In this document: positions 53,258 to 64,000 of the stretch, one piece after another | How the letters are laid out: every line of letters begins with the position of its first letter | How positions within the stretch are numbered: position 1 is the first letter of the stretch | From: Chamaesiphon sp. | GTDB taxonomy: Bacteria; Cyanobacteriota; Cyanobacteriia; Cyanobacteriales; Chamaesiphonaceae | NCBI GenBank assembly: GCA_965246715.1 | Contig: CBDFFH010000035.1 | Span: forward strand, 13,893-77,892 | DNA: 64,000 nucleotides | Reading direction: 5' to 3' | Translations under genes and position numbers: made by a program | Notes under the pieces: generated by a model | What the model was told of the DNA's origin: nothing | Seen by the model: the letters and a program-made list of their open reading frames with translations, nothing else | The model's database searches: none

Positions 53258-55021
53258 TTACTTCGATCGAGTCCAGCCCTGAAATAACTGTTGTTGACGA
53301 TCGAAAGTATCCTCCAATAACTGCAATTGATACTTTTGGGGTTGTGGTGGTGCTAGAGTTAAGTTCACCGTCAATAATCGATCGGCATGAAATACACTTA
53401 CTGCTATTTGTTCCCCAGGTTGATAATAGTTCAATCGATCGTTAAGCTGCTCGGTGGTAACTTTAAAACCATCGATCGCAAGTAATTCATCACCAGGATC
53501 GATGCCAGCTAATTGTGCGGGAGAATTACTTGCTACCGCTTTAATAACTTCTTTACCATGTTCGCTTTTAACTGTTAAACCTAGATAGGGAGTGGTTGCT
53601 TCTAGTGGTTTTAATTCAACACCGAACGGAGCTAAATAATCATTGAATGGTAATTCTTCAATGCCATGAATATAGCGCTCGTAAAACTCGGTTAAATCTA
53701 AATTTGCGATCGATTCGATAATAGTTTTAAGCTGAGTCTCGGAGAACCCAACTTCCGACTTACCAAACTGTTCCCACATTGCAACTAAGACATCATCGAA
53801 GGATTTTAGTCCGTTAGTGCGATCGCGAATCAGCAGATCCAACAGTAACGTCACCATCTCCCCTTTGAGATAGTAAGACATCTGAGCATTAGAACTATTG
53901 GCATCGGGACGATATAACTTAATCCAGGCATCAAAACTCGACTCGCTTAACGGTTGGATTAAACGCCCTGGTGTAGTCAAATAGCGGGTGATTTCTTTAC
54001 TGAGTTCGCTGAGATACTCTTTTTCATCGTAGATTCCCGCCCGTCGCGGAATCATCAGATCGTAATAACTCGTCGTTCCTTCACTAAACCATAGCGAAGG
54101 CGTATAATTTTCGCGATCGTAATCAAATTTTTCTAATGCGATCGGGCGAATGCGTTTGACATTCCACAGGTGAAAAAATTCATGTGCGACTAACTGCATG
54201 AAGCGATTATGTTTCTCGCTCCCTTGAAAATTGAATCGCGGATATAACAGCGAACAGCAATTTTTGTGTTCTAGTCCACCACCGCCGCTGGGCGATAGAT
54301 GTAATAGGAACATATATTTTTCGTATGGCAATCCACCAAAGATTTCGGCTTCGACTGCGACAATTTTCTGGATATCCTCGATCGCAGTTTGTGGATTTAA
54401 ATTTCCTTCGCCCCAAATTACTAATTGATGCGGTTTACCCAATACCGTAAATTCGTAAACTTGTTGAGTGCCGATTTCAAAGGGGCTATCCACTAAGGTA
54501 TCAAAGTCAGCCGCGACATAAGTTTGAGGGCTAATTTCTGGGAGTGGCGTAGTAATCTGCCAATCTGAATGTGGCGGAATAATCTCTAACTCGATCGGAC
54601 AATACTCATAATTCGGGATGTAAAAACACAATGCTGCGGGGTTGAAATAACCGTGGGTAGCATCCAGATGATTGGTGCGAACAGTTAGTTCGTTGGCAAA
54701 CATTCGATAGCTAATTGCAATCTCTGTGCAGTTGTCTGAGTTAATTTGCCAATGATGTTTGGAAATTTTTGTAGATTTTAATGGGCGATCTTCACTGGTT
54801 GTCGCTGTAAAATTTTGCAATTGCTTGCTATATTCCCGCACTAAATATGAGCCAGGAGTCCAGACTGGCATTTTTAGATCTAGCACATCACTATCCCAAT
54901 TACTGACCAAAAATCTCACTTCAAATAAGTGCGTTTGCGGCTGTGGCATTGAGATTTGATACTTTAGCTTTGGAGCGTAAGTATTCGCCGTGGCAGGAGT
55001 GATAATAGTTGCCTGAGTCAT
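53258..55021 (-). CDS. M61 family metallopeptidase with PDZ domain
   Basis: MPVWTPGSY, GGLEHKN, AHEFFHLWN, SYYLKG; PDZ AGIDPGDELLAIDG. Confidence 0.93.
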   Translation of the reverse strand: MTQATIITPATANTYAPKLKYQISMPQPQTHLFEVRFLVSNWDSDVLDLKMPVWTPGSYLVREYSKQLQNFTATTSEDRPLKSTKISKHHWQINSDNCTEIAISYRMFANELTVRTNHLDATHGYFNPAALCFYIPNYEYCPIELEIIPPHSDWQITTPLPEISPQTYVAADFDTLVDSPFEIGTQQVYEFTVLGKPHQLVIWGEGNLNPQTAIEDIQKIVAVEAEIFGGLPYEKYMFLLHLSPSGGGGLEHKNCCSLLYPRFNFQGSEKHNRFMQLVAHEFFHLWNVKRIRPIALEKFDYDRENYTPSLWFSEGTTSYYDLMIPRRAGIYDEKEYLSELSKEITRYLTTPGRLIQPLSESSFDAWIKLYRPDANSSNAQMSYYLKGEMVTLLLDLLIRDRTNGLKSFDDVLVAMWEQFGKSEVGFSETQLKTIIESIANLDLTEFYERYIHGIEELPFNDYLAPFGVELKPLEATTPYLGLTVKSEHGKEVIKAVASNSPAQLAGIDPGDELLAIDGFKVTTEQLNDRLNYYQPGEQIAVSVFHADRLLTVNLTLAPPQPQKYQLQLLEDTFDRQQQLFQGWTRSK

Positions 55022-55162
55022 TATTTAGTGGATAGTAAATAGATATTAAAAGTAAGTAAATATAGCGTCAGTTCGGGATAAAAACCGAGCGGTCGGTCGG
55101 AAGTATAAATGTTATTGGTATTAGTAAGTAAATATAAAAATTTGAAGGTTTAGTATAAAGCA

Positions 55163-55299
55163 GTAGGGTGGGTATTGCCCACCACCTATATTTTGGATGT
55201 AATCTATTTCGTGAATAATTGTAATTGTCTACTTGCCGAATTAAAAATTATTAAATAGCGATTGTCTTAATTCTAGATGGTGGGCATTGCCCACCCTAC
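55163..55299. repeat. REPIN-like inverted REP pair
   Basis: gtagggtgggtattgcccacc and ggtgggcattgcccaccctac; same REP class as motif M. Confidence 0.82.
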
Positions 55300-55327
55300 A
55301 AATATAATCTATCTAACTCATTAGATT

Positions 55328-56455
55328 TTAGTTCGTGCGAAGTTCTTGAGCGGCTAGGTAGATCTGACTCCATTCGCCCATAACTTGATTGGTTTTGATC
55401 TGAAGCGATTTGGCGATCGTCTCTACCGAAATTCCCGCTTTTAATCCCAGCATAATCTCGCGTTGTTTAGTGTCCAGGCTCCCACAAAACTTCTCCCACT
55501 GATTGGGTGTCAAACCCAAGTTATGCTCTTGGAGCGAGATATGTAGCCATTGCGAGACAAGATCCGACTCGGCTTTGATCGCAAACACTTTGAGACTGTG
55601 GTAGTTGATCTTTTCGCGCAAGCGATAGACTTGCTTGATATCCATCTTTAATATCACCGCGATCGATTCAGGCGTTTTACCTTGTAGATAGAGATCCAGC
55701 CATAACCCGGCTTCAGTGCTGACATTTTCGACTAAATAGGCGCGCAGGGTGTCTTTGACTCGATCGCGGGCGATTTGGGTTTCTTCCCACTCTTGCTGTT
55801 GCTGAAAGTTTTCCTGGGCTTGCTTGTCGAGGAGGCTGAGGGTGGAGTCGCTATCGCCGATAATTTCATCCGATACCAGCTTGACGAGATCGCCTTGCGG
55901 GACATTAGTTACGCCACCTTTTTGGGCGCGGCGAAGGTAGTTGATAAACCGATGGGCGAGTAGGGGTCGATCGCGGATCGGGCGCAAGCAATATTCTTCG
56001 ATACTGGCAAATAGCAACGTATCGCGCAGCCGAGGATTGCGAGTACATTCACCGATCCAGACAATTTGTTGTTGGATGTATTTATCGCCTTGGAGCATTT
56101 CTTGGATCGTCTCTTGCAAGACATCGACTACAGTTCGCTGCCGATCGCTGCTCAGTGACAGCCAGGATCGAATCTTCTCGCGCAAGATTGCCACGCCCCC
56201 CAATCGCTGCATTAGGTTCTTATACGCCCGTTCTGGGGGCAATCCCAGGTATCTTTGCATCAAGATCCGCAGTCGATAATCCATCGCTCGATCGGCAATT
56301 TTGAGCTGTTCGCTATCTAGAGTTTCCAACCGCTCCCGATCCTTGCCCAACAACCAGTTGAGAATGCTAGCTTGGGTAGTAGCATTTTGCCCGCTACATT
56401 CAGTAGCAATGCGTTGTTCCCACTGGGTGGCGATTTTCTCGATTACCTTCGTCAT
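55328..56455 (-). CDS. HetZ-related protein (sigma-like/HTH)
   Basis: QRYLGL...LREKIRSWLSLS.DRQRTVVDVLQE; VYRLREKINYH HTH. Confidence 0.75.
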   Translation of the reverse strand: MTKVIEKIATQWEQRIATECSGQNATTQASILNWLLGKDRERLETLDSEQLKIADRAMDYRLRILMQRYLGLPPERAYKNLMQRLGGVAILREKIRSWLSLSSDRQRTVVDVLQETIQEMLQGDKYIQQQIVWIGECTRNPRLRDTLLFASIEEYCLRPIRDRPLLAHRFINYLRRAQKGGVTNVPQGDLVKLVSDEIIGDSDSTLSLLDKQAQENFQQQQEWEETQIARDRVKDTLRAYLVENVSTEAGLWLDLYLQGKTPESIAVILKMDIKQVYRLREKINYHSLKVFAIKAESDLVSQWLHISLQEHNLGLTPNQWEKFCGSLDTKQREIMLGLKAGISVETIAKSLQIKTNQVMGEWSQIYLAAQELRTN

Positions 56456-56966
56456 TTGGCGGTTACTCCCGTCCCCTCGGTTTAAATTATGGTAGCGATC
56501 TCATCAGCGCTACCTTGGCAGGTCGGATTTAGTCTGCACTAAGATTAGTTCTTACCTAAAATATATCCGATGACGCTCGATCTCTAAAGCGGCTGAATAG
56601 CTCGATCTGACCGTTTGACAAGCGTATTATCGATTTTATCTCTAAACCAGCAAATTGACTGGTAGACATAGCATAGATTATCGTGAGACGTTTGACAGTT
56701 TTGTTCGGAATTAGTTCCAATTTGGCTACTACGATCGCTTGTCTCGCTTGCTAATCGATATAAATTTGCTAGCTCCAGTCTAACCAATTTAATAGCACGA
56801 TCGAAGCCTAAAAAGCGATCGCTCTATCGTGCAAAAGTAACTAAAAAGTCATCAGGTCAGCTACCGAGAGTTGCGCTATAACTAGCAAGCAACTTTCATC
56901 GAGGCTGTGCCAGCAAAGAACAGCTTCCGGCTCGATCGACTTTTCAACCGGAGTAGAATTAGAAAA

Positions 56967-58064
56967 TTAAAACGTAATAATCAGATAACCACTTTGGAAC
57001 TTGGCACCTTTAACGCTAGAGCCTGTTAATGCTGGCGGTAACAAAATATTGCGGCGTTGATCTCCGGCTTCGATCGTCACCTCTGGCCCCGATTGAGTCA
57101 GCTTGACTTGGGTTTTGTCAAATCCTGGCAAATAGAGCCGGACTTCGCGCTTGGAGCTGTCGATCTCGATCGGTTTGGGGAGATCTGCCACCTGACTAAA
57201 ATCTGGCATTGCATCCATCAGTGGTTGCCAGTCGTTATCTTGGCGTGCGGGGATTGCTGTCACTGCTAAAGGTGCAAATTCTGCGGCTACCGCGCTCGGT
57301 TCGCCCCGATTGACGATCGCACCGCCAATACTCAATCCTGATTGCTGAGCGCTACCCCAGAGATATTTGGCCGTAGCAACCGCTGCTGGCTCGTCGGTAG
57401 TGACGAGATAACCTACTACTCGGTGTGGATTGCTAATTACCGTTTGGCTTAATTCCAGTGCTTTTTTAGCTTCTTGGACTGGCTGCGAGATCGTGGCACT
57501 TTCTCCCGTCCAAGCGACAGCGAGAATTGCCGCCATTGCTGGCTGCATAATCGGGGAGATCGTTTTCCACAAGTCCGAATCTTCCACGACCGCGACAAAC
57601 CTCCTGAGATACCAATTTAAGCTATCGGCCATCCCAGCCATCCGCAAGGTAGTAATGTCCCCCGTGCCATCGTAAACAATGACATCGTACTTACCACTAG
57701 CATCGTACTGACGGAGCGCATTGAGCGCGAGCGCGCTATCCATTCCGGGGATAATTGCCAGCTCTTGCCCATAAATATTCCGTAACAGCGGCGATCGTAA
57801 ATACCGTGCTTCCACCTGCTTGACATCCTCCCAACCACGCTCGATCGCTACCGTTGCTGAAATCGAGACTACTTCCAGATTTGCGCCGATGGATTGGGGT
57901 TTATCGGTCAGGGGAGCACCCAGCAAGATCCCCGTCGCAGGCGTAGGATCTTGACTGACAAATAATACCCGCCGACCCAGGTTAGCTTGCTGTTTAGCAG
58001 CAGCGATCGCCACAGTAGTTCGACCGGAACCGCCTTTACCGAGGAAGGTGAGAATTTGGGGCAT
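56967..58064 (-). CDS. ArsA/Get3-family ATPase with C-terminal Hsp20-like domain
   Basis: FLGKGGSGRTT, IYGQELAIIPGMD, LPGFDKTQVKL.QSGPEVTIEAGDQRRN. Confidence 0.88.
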   Translation of the reverse strand: MPQILTFLGKGGSGRTTVAIAAAKQQANLGRRVLFVSQDPTPATGILLGAPLTDKPQSIGANLEVVSISATVAIERGWEDVKQVEARYLRSPLLRNIYGQELAIIPGMDSALALNALRQYDASGKYDVIVYDGTGDITTLRMAGMADSLNWYLRRFVAVVEDSDLWKTISPIMQPAMAAILAVAWTGESATISQPVQEAKKALELSQTVISNPHRVVGYLVTTDEPAAVATAKYLWGSAQQSGLSIGGAIVNRGEPSAVAAEFAPLAVTAIPARQDNDWQPLMDAMPDFSQVADLPKPIEIDSSKREVRLYLPGFDKTQVKLTQSGPEVTIEAGDQRRNILLPPALTGSSVKGAKFQSGYLIITF

Positions 58065-58065
58065 A

Positions 58066-58260
58066 TTACTCTACAACTTTGAGTTCATCTTCAAAAAACC
58101 AAGTGCTAGTCTTGTCTTCAAATTGGACGACAGCACCGACACCGCTACCATCTGTCATTTTGAATTCTGTCACAACACCTACTTTACCTAGTTTACTCAC
58201 AATGCCCTGAGATACCCGATCTCTGAGCCGAAAAACTTTAACTTGTTGACCGATTTCCAT
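58066..58260 (-). CDS. petP: Cytochrome b6f regulatory subunit PetP (DUF2862)
   Basis: MEIGQQVKVFRLRDRV...KMTDGSGVG...TWFFEDEL. Confidence 0.85.
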   Translation of the reverse strand: MEIGQQVKVFRLRDRVSQGIVSKLGKVGVVTEFKMTDGSGVGAVVQFEDKTSTWFFEDELKVVE

Positions 58261-58444
58261 TGAACTTAAATGTTGTTGATATAATTAACCACTCCACAGT
58301 GTACCGGAATTCTCGGCTCAGGTTAACTCTTTAGCCTGTTGTAATTCGATCGAGATCTACCCACCCCACCCTGCGGGCACCCCTCCTTGGAGGGGAATTT
58401 AACCACTAACTGCCAGCCACTATCCCCTATCCCCTATCCCCTCC

Positions 58445-58771
58445 CTAGATCCACCATCTTTCATCGAGCGGATATTTTGCTAATTCTTGCTTGACCCGTT
58501 TTCGCAATTTCATTACCTGTCTTCGACAGTCGATCGCTAGCTCAAAATGTTTTATTTCTTCATAGCAGAAGAATAAACCTTGATAGCTTTTGAGTAGTAG
58601 TTGTTTGTTGCCAGATTTCAGCGCGATTTCTACCAAGAACTCAGCGCTAGCGGCAGTTAATAGATAATCCTGCTGGTGATAGGCATCGATTAATTGCACA
58701 TTGATATGCTGCCATCGTTGTCGATGCCGATATAACTTCCACCATTTAAAAGGATTTAGCCAGCTCAGCAT
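58445..58771 (-). CDS. Hypothetical protein (TPR-like helices)
   Basis: 108 aa ORF. Confidence 0.55.
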   Translation of the reverse strand: MLSWLNPFKWWKLYRHRQRWQHINVQLIDAYHQQDYLLTAASAEFLVEIALKSGNKQLLLKSYQGLFFCYEEIKHFELAIDCRRQVMKLRKRVKQELAKYPLDERWWI

Positions 58772-58877
58772 TTTATTGGGAAAATTTATTCAATGAACTA
58801 TGTTATTAGTGTGCCCAGTTAAGCTGTGGATTTAGATACCCGCCCCAATCATGGCTCGGAGTAATAAGTAGTAAATT

Positions 58878-61800
58878 ATGGCTAAGTGGCAATTTTGGAT
58901 CGATCGCGGGGGCACTTTTACCGATATCGTGGCGCAACGACCTACCGGAGAACTGCTCGTTCATAAGCTCCTATCAGAAAATCCGGGACGGTATACTGAT
59001 GCGCCCATGCAAGGGATTCGCGACATCCTCGGCTTAGCTGCTGATGCACCGATACCGCTGGAGGCGATCGCCAGTATCAAAATGGGCACCACCATTGCTA
59101 CCAATGCCTTACTCGAACGTAAAGGCGATCGTTTGTTGCTAATTACGACCCAAGGATTTGGTGATGCGTTGCGGATCGGGTATCAGCATCGTCCCCATAT
59201 TTTTGCCCGCCAGATCGTACTCCCCACCCCGATCTACGAACGGGTCGTCGAAGTCACCGAACGCTACACTGCTGAAGGGGAAGAAATCGTTCCCGTTCGG
59301 GTTGATGATGCCTTGATGCATTCTCTGCAAACCGCTTATGCCGATGGTATTCGAGCTTGTGCGATCGTCTTCATGCATGGTTATCGCTACCCCGCACACG
59401 AACTAGAATTAGCCGAGATCGTCCGCGACATTGGCTTTACGCAAATTTCGCTCTCTCACCAAGTCAGTCCGCTGATGAAACTTGTCAGTCGGGGCGATAC
59501 CACTGTTGTCGATGCCTATCTCTCCCCGATTTTGCGGCGATATGTCGATCGAATTGCTAGCGAACTAAATCCCGCAGCCGGAACCGATGCTGAAGCACAG
59601 ATCTTAGGCGCGAAGCTGATGTTCATGCAATCCAATGGGGGATTGACTAGCGCCCAAAATTTTCAGGGCAAGGATAGTATCCTCTCAGGCCCTGCTGGGG
59701 GGATCGTCGGTGCGGTCAAAACTAGTGCGATTGCGGGATTTACCAAAATTATTGGCTTCGATATGGGTGGTACCTCTACAGATGTGTCGCATTACGATGG
59801 CGCATACGAACGTACCTTAGAAACCGAAGTAGCTGGCGTGCGGCTGCGTGCGCCGATGATGGCGATTCATACCGTCGCGGCTGGTGGCGGTTCGATCCTG
59901 CATGTTGAGCACGGACGCTATCGTGTTGGCCCCGATTCTGCGGGTGCTTATCCTGGCCCAGCTTGCTATCGTAATGGTGGCGAGCTGACAGTAACCGATG
60001 CGAATGTGGCTGTCGGCAAGCTCCAGCCAGACTATTTTCCGGCGGTATTTGGGGAAACTGGAGACTTACCATTAGATGCTACTGTCGTTGCTGCCAAATT
60101 TGCCGCCCTAGCCGTAGAAATTAATACCACGACTGGAGACGATCGCACGCCGATCGAGATGGCAGCAGGTTTTCTGACGATCGCGATCGATAAAATGGCC
60201 ACGGCGATTAAGCAAATATCCAGCCAGCGCGGTTATGATGTCAGCGAATATGTCCTGTGCTGTTTTGGCGGCGCAGGCGGTCAACATGCCTGCTTATTAG
60301 CCGAAGCACTGGGCATGACCCAGATCTTGCTCCATCCTTACGCTGGAGTGCTCTCGGCCTACGGGATCGGATTGGCGGATGTTTTAGTCCTAAAAGAATG
60401 CGCGATCGAACTACCATTAACCGCCGAGACGATTGCGGCATTAACAACTACGTTCGATCGCTTGACCGAGATCGCCCAGACTGAAATACTCGATCGCGGC
60501 ATCGAGATCGGCCAACAAACAATTCACCACCGCCTCTACCTGCGCTACACTGGCACCGATGTCCCGTTACTGGTCGATTTTGCCTCAGATGTCGCGATCG
60601 TCCGATCGCAATTCGAGACACTTTATCACCAACGCTACGGCTTCAGCCTGGACGATCGAGATCTCATCGTCGAATCCATTACTGTAGAAGCTATCGGGTC
60701 GATGCCAACACCCGCCGCACCAGCGCTTGCCGCCGATCGAACTACGCCCCTCACACCCCTCAAACACGTTCCGATCTACACCAAAGGTAACTGGTACCAG
60801 ACACCGATCTTCGATCGCCAACACCTGCGATCGGGCGATCCGATCGTCGGCCCCGCGATTGTTATCGAACCCACTGGCACCATTATTATCGAACCCGATT
60901 GGGTCGGCCACATCACTCCCACCAATCAGCTACTACTCAGTCACAATGCTCGGATATCCGCAAGGGGTATTGCTGTGGATGCGGCGATCGATCGAACATC
61001 GTCAACTAACTTTCCAGCAGCTCTAACTAATCCCGATCCGGGTTCTACCCCACCAGCAACTTCCAGCAAACCAGACCCCGTAAAACTAGAAATTTTCAAC
61101 AATCTGCTCAAATCGATCGCTGAAGAGATGGGCATTACCCTGCAAAACACTAGCCACTCCGTCAACATCAAAGAACGCCTAGACTTCAGTTGCGCCATCT
61201 TCGATCGCGCCGGACAACTTATCGCCAATGCCCCGCATATTCCCGTCCACCTCGGCTCCATGAGCGAAACTGTCACCAGCCTCATCCGCGCCGCAGGCTC
61301 CACCCTTCAACCTGGCGATGTCTACATCTCCAACAACCCTTATAACGGCGGTACCCACCTCCCCGACATCACCGCCATCACCCCCATCTTTTTACCCCAC
61401 CACATCACCCCCAGCTTCTACGTTGCCTCGCGCGGCCATCATGCCGATATCGGTGGCATTACCCCCGGCTCTATGCCCCCACACAGCACCTCGATCGAGC
61501 AAGAGGGCATTTTAATCGACAATTTCCAACTAGTCGCTAGCGGGCGATTTCGCCTCGCCCAATTACATGCGCTGCTCGGGGAGTGTCAGTATCCCGCTCG
61601 CAATCCCCAGCAAAATATCGCGGATCTTCAGGCACAAATTGCCGCCAACGAACGCGGTGTCAATGCATTAATTGCCACGATCGAGCATTATGGAGTCGAT
61701 CTGGTCGCCGCCTATATGCAACACGTTCGCGATAATGCGGAAGAGTCGGTCAGACGGGCGATTTCCGTCCTCAATCCTGGCAGTTTTACCTATCCGATGG

Positions 61801-62606
61801 ACGATGGTTGCCAGATCCAGGTGCAGATCGAGATCGATCGAGCCACAAGATCGGCCACGATCGATTTTACTGGCACGTCTCCCCAACAACCGACCAATCT
61901 CAATGCGCCCTTAGCCATCTGCAAAGCAGTGGTGCTGTATGTGTTTCGGACGCTTGTGGATGATGATATTCCCCTCAATGCTGGCTGCTTGGCTCCATTA
62001 CAAATTATCGTCCCAGCCGGATCGATGCTAAACCCCCAGTATCCCGCCGCCGTAGTCGCCGGAAATGTCGAAACATCCCAAGCGATCGCGAATGCGCTCT
62101 ATGGAGCATTGGGCATCATGGCAGCATCCCAGGGGACGATGAATAATTTTACCTTTGGCAACGATCGCTACCAGTATTACGAAACCATTTGCGGTGGTTC
62201 TGGCGCGGGAGCTACTTTTGATGGTACGGATGCCGTGCAGACACAGATGACCAATTCCCGCCTCACCGATCCAGAGGTGTTAGAACTCCGGTTTCCCGTG
62301 CTGGTAAATGACTTTGCCATTCGCACCCAGAGCGGCGGCGCGGGACAGCACTGCGGCGGTAATGGGGTAATTCGCCAAATTCAGTTTCGCGAGCCAATGA
62401 CAGCAGCAATCTTATCGGGGCATCGAATAATTCCACCTTTTGGTGCGAACGGTGGCGAACCTGGAACCGTCGGTCGAAATTGGGTCGAGCGCAATACTGG
62501 CGAAATCGAGATTCTCGGCAGCAAAGCCGAAATTCAGATGCAATCTGGCGATGTCTTTGTAATTGAAACCCCTGGTGGCGGAGGCTTTGGCACACCAGAT
62601 TGCTAA
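58878..62606 (+). CDS. 5-oxoprolinase (fused hydantoinase A/B)
   Basis: [42 protein letters not shown]. Confidence 0.94.
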   Translation: MAKWQFWIDRGGTFTDIVAQRPTGELLVHKLLSENPGRYTDAPMQGIRDILGLAADAPIPLEAIASIKMGTTIATNALLERKGDRLLLITTQGFGDALRIGYQHRPHIFARQIVLPTPIYERVVEVTERYTAEGEEIVPVRVDDALMHSLQTAYADGIRACAIVFMHGYRYPAHELELAEIVRDIGFTQISLSHQVSPLMKLVSRGDTTVVDAYLSPILRRYVDRIASELNPAAGTDAEAQILGAKLMFMQSNGGLTSAQNFQGKDSILSGPAGGIVGAVKTSAIAGFTKIIGFDMGGTSTDVSHYDGAYERTLETEVAGVRLRAPMMAIHTVAAGGGSILHVEHGRYRVGPDSAGAYPGPACYRNGGELTVTDANVAVGKLQPDYFPAVFGETGDLPLDATVVAAKFAALAVEINTTTGDDRTPIEMAAGFLTIAIDKMATAIKQISSQRGYDVSEYVLCCFGGAGGQHACLLAEALGMTQILLHPYAGVLSAYGIGLADVLVLKECAIELPLTAETIAALTTTFDRLTEIAQTEILDRGIEIGQQTIHHRLYLRYTGTDVPLLVDFASDVAIVRSQFETLYHQRYGFSLDDRDLIVESITVEAIGSMPTPAAPALAADRTTPLTPLKHVPIYTKGNWYQTPIFDRQHLRSGDPIVGPAIVIEPTGTIIIEPDWVGHITPTNQLLLSHNARISARGIAVDAAIDRTSSTNFPAALTNPDPGSTPPATSSKPDPVKLEIFNNLLKSIAEEMGITLQNTSHSVNIKERLDFSCAIFDRAGQLIANAPHIPVHLGSMSETVTSLIRAAGSTLQPGDVYISNNPYNGGTHLPDITAITPIFLPHHITPSFYVASRGHHADIGGITPGSMPPHSTSIEQEGILIDNFQLVASGRFRLAQLHALLGECQYPARNPQQNIADLQAQIAANERGVNALIATIEHYGVDLVAAYMQHVRDNAEESVRRAISVLNPGSFTYPMDDGCQIQVQIEIDRATRSATIDFTGTSPQQPTNLNAPLAICKAVVLYVFRTLVDDDIPLNAGCLAPLQIIVPAGSMLNPQYPAAVVAGNVETSQAIANALYGALGIMAASQGTMNNFTFGNDRYQYYETICGGSGAGATFDGTDAVQTQMTNSRLTDPEVLELRFPVLVNDFAIRTQSGGAGQHCGGNGVIRQIQFREPMTAAILSGHRIIPPFGANGGEPGTVGRNWVERNTGEIEILGSKAEIQMQSGDVFVIETPGGGGFGTPDC

Positions 62607-62862
62607 TTCGATCGCGGTAGCGGGACACAGCGATTTGATGGGGCGATGACAATCTCGATCGCATTACATACTTTTAACGAAAAATTATTTTCGCTGATGT
62701 ATTTTAATTCAGCAACATAACTCTGGACTACTCCACCAATAGATCTGTAATATCGACAGATACCAATGGAGTAATAATGACTCAGATCGATAGCAGTTAT
62801 ACTTTTTGGCTCATAGATACTCAGCTTTACTCCCGATAATTAAATTTTACTAACTAGCGCCA

Positions 62863-63384
62863 ATGAAAACTACCACCAAGTTGAAACTCACTCAAATCTC
62901 CATTGTTAGCATTACAATCTCGACATTTCTAAGTCTCCCCCTCGCTTTTAATTATCGAATTAATCTAGCCGCCGCTCGGCTAGATGATGATGCAGCCGCG
63001 AAGATCGATACTATTCTCAATCAAGCGAATAATAGCAATAAGAATAACAACAATCGCAACAATAGTAACAATAGCAATGGCAATAGTAATAGTAATGGCA
63101 ACAGTAATAAACGCTCGCAATCGATGGAATACTTGCGGCGTGGGTTGGTCGCTCGCAAAGCCCAAGAAAATAGTCAAGCTCTAGAATATTTCGCGGCAGC
63201 AGCTAAAGCTGACTCTCAAAATGCTTTCGCCTTTATGGCGCTTGCCACTACGTTAGGTCATTCAACACAAGGATTGAGCTATATGAAAACTGCGATGACA
63301 TTGTTCGATCGCCAGGGTAATAAAGAAGCTTATAGATTAGCGAAGCAATGGCTGGAACAAAAGCCACCGAGTGAAGGATTTTAA
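62863..63384 (+). CDS. Secreted TPR-like protein with Asn/Ser-rich linker
   Basis: Signal-like N-terminus, poly-N tract, TPR-like helices. Confidence 0.7.
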   Translation: MKTTTKLKLTQISIVSITISTFLSLPLAFNYRINLAAARLDDDAAAKIDTILNQANNSNKNNNNRNNSNNSNGNSNSNGNSNKRSQSMEYLRRGLVARKAQENSQALEYFAAAAKADSQNAFAFMALATTLGHSTQGLSYMKTAMTLFDRQGNKEAYRLAKQWLEQKPPSEGF

Positions 63385-63524
63385 GTTGATAAAAATTCAA
63401 TTTTATCGGCACACTCGATCGATTCAACAGTCGCAAGCTCGATCGGGATAATTTTTAGTTAGATTCTGGGAATTATAAATGTAGGGCATTAACGCTCGAT
63501 CCGCCCTGACTCTACATGTAAAAC

Positions 63525-64000
63525 ATGAAAGTTATCCGCCAAACTCCCAACTTATTAGTCATCGAGCAAAAGCCAACTCAATTCACTATTGCGGTACTTG
63601 GGATTACCTCCACTTGCCTTCCTCTATTTTTTATTTGGTATTCTATCTCGCATCAAGGTGAGACACATTGGTTTGTTGCCACCTTTTGTATCGCGCTGTC
63701 GATGTGCCCTGCTTATTGGCACTATCCGCCAATTGACAGTCAGCACTTGTAAGATTGATAAAAATCTCCAAACTCTCACGCTTAAGCGAAAAAATTTGCT
63801 TGGGGAGAAGTTGTTTAAGCACTCATTTAATGACATTAAGGATGTACGACTCAAAGTAATCGGTGCCGAGAATGGCGATTGCTATGAAATTAGAATCGAA
63901 TTAGTCAAGGGTTCTTACTTAGCTTTAAATGAGTGGATGGCTACGGATGACAAGTGCAGTGCAGAAGAAATAACTTCGCTTCTACAAAGTTTTCTCAATG
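63525..64000 (+). pseudogene. Frameshifted membrane hypothetical protein, runs off the window
   Basis: First frame stops at 63752; a second frame is open from ~63708 (LLIGTIRQLTVSTCKIDK...SFLN) to the window end. Confidence 0.65.

Noticed and set aside
55328..56455. HetZ-like and DevT-like genes as evidence of heterocyst formation
   Set aside because: Both families also occur in non-heterocystous cyanobacteria.
63025..63110. Asn-rich tract as a contingency locus or a diversity-generating-retroelement target
   Set aside because: It is an imperfect in-frame low-complexity linker, with no template repeat or reverse transcriptase in the window.

Overview
Cyanobacterial chromosomal DNA, very rich in CGATCG/GCGATCGC (HIP1). 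The gene content and repeat style suggest a Chamaesiphon-like organism, but that is inference. The flanks are housekeeping: the NDH-1 CO2-uptake operon (ndhF3-ndhD3-cupA-[dedA]-cupS), cruA-like cyclase, nadB, psbU, sqdB, ppk2, an AraC/mddA locus, rplI, dnaB with a P-loop intein, folP, ribF, malQ, trpB, petP and 5-oxoprolinase. The main discovery is about 27.5-40.2 kb, directly after a CyRepA1-type primase/helicase gene. It is a four-unit array. Each unit starts with the same ~63-bp motif, which follows a ladder of CGATCG sites in three of the four units and ends in a GTAG-type REP hairpin. After the motif comes a minus-strand orphan Rhs remnant (Tox-PL+Imm35-like, HINT+putative nuclease, AHH+Imm11-like, or core scraps only). 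Units 1-3 then carry a plus-strand addiction-type module (VapBC-like, nucleotidyltransferase+HTH, Rpn), and DUF4351 tails lie next to all four motifs. The window also holds nested micro-mobile DNA: 17-25-nt insertions at CG^ATC-like sites (one knocks out a gene), three MITEs with TA-NN-TA target duplications and an invertible core, a 162-bp MITE whose empty site is also in the window, REP/REPIN pairs, and IS4/IS66 remnants. No tRNA, rRNA or CRISPR array was found. All family assignments come from motif recognition, not database searches.
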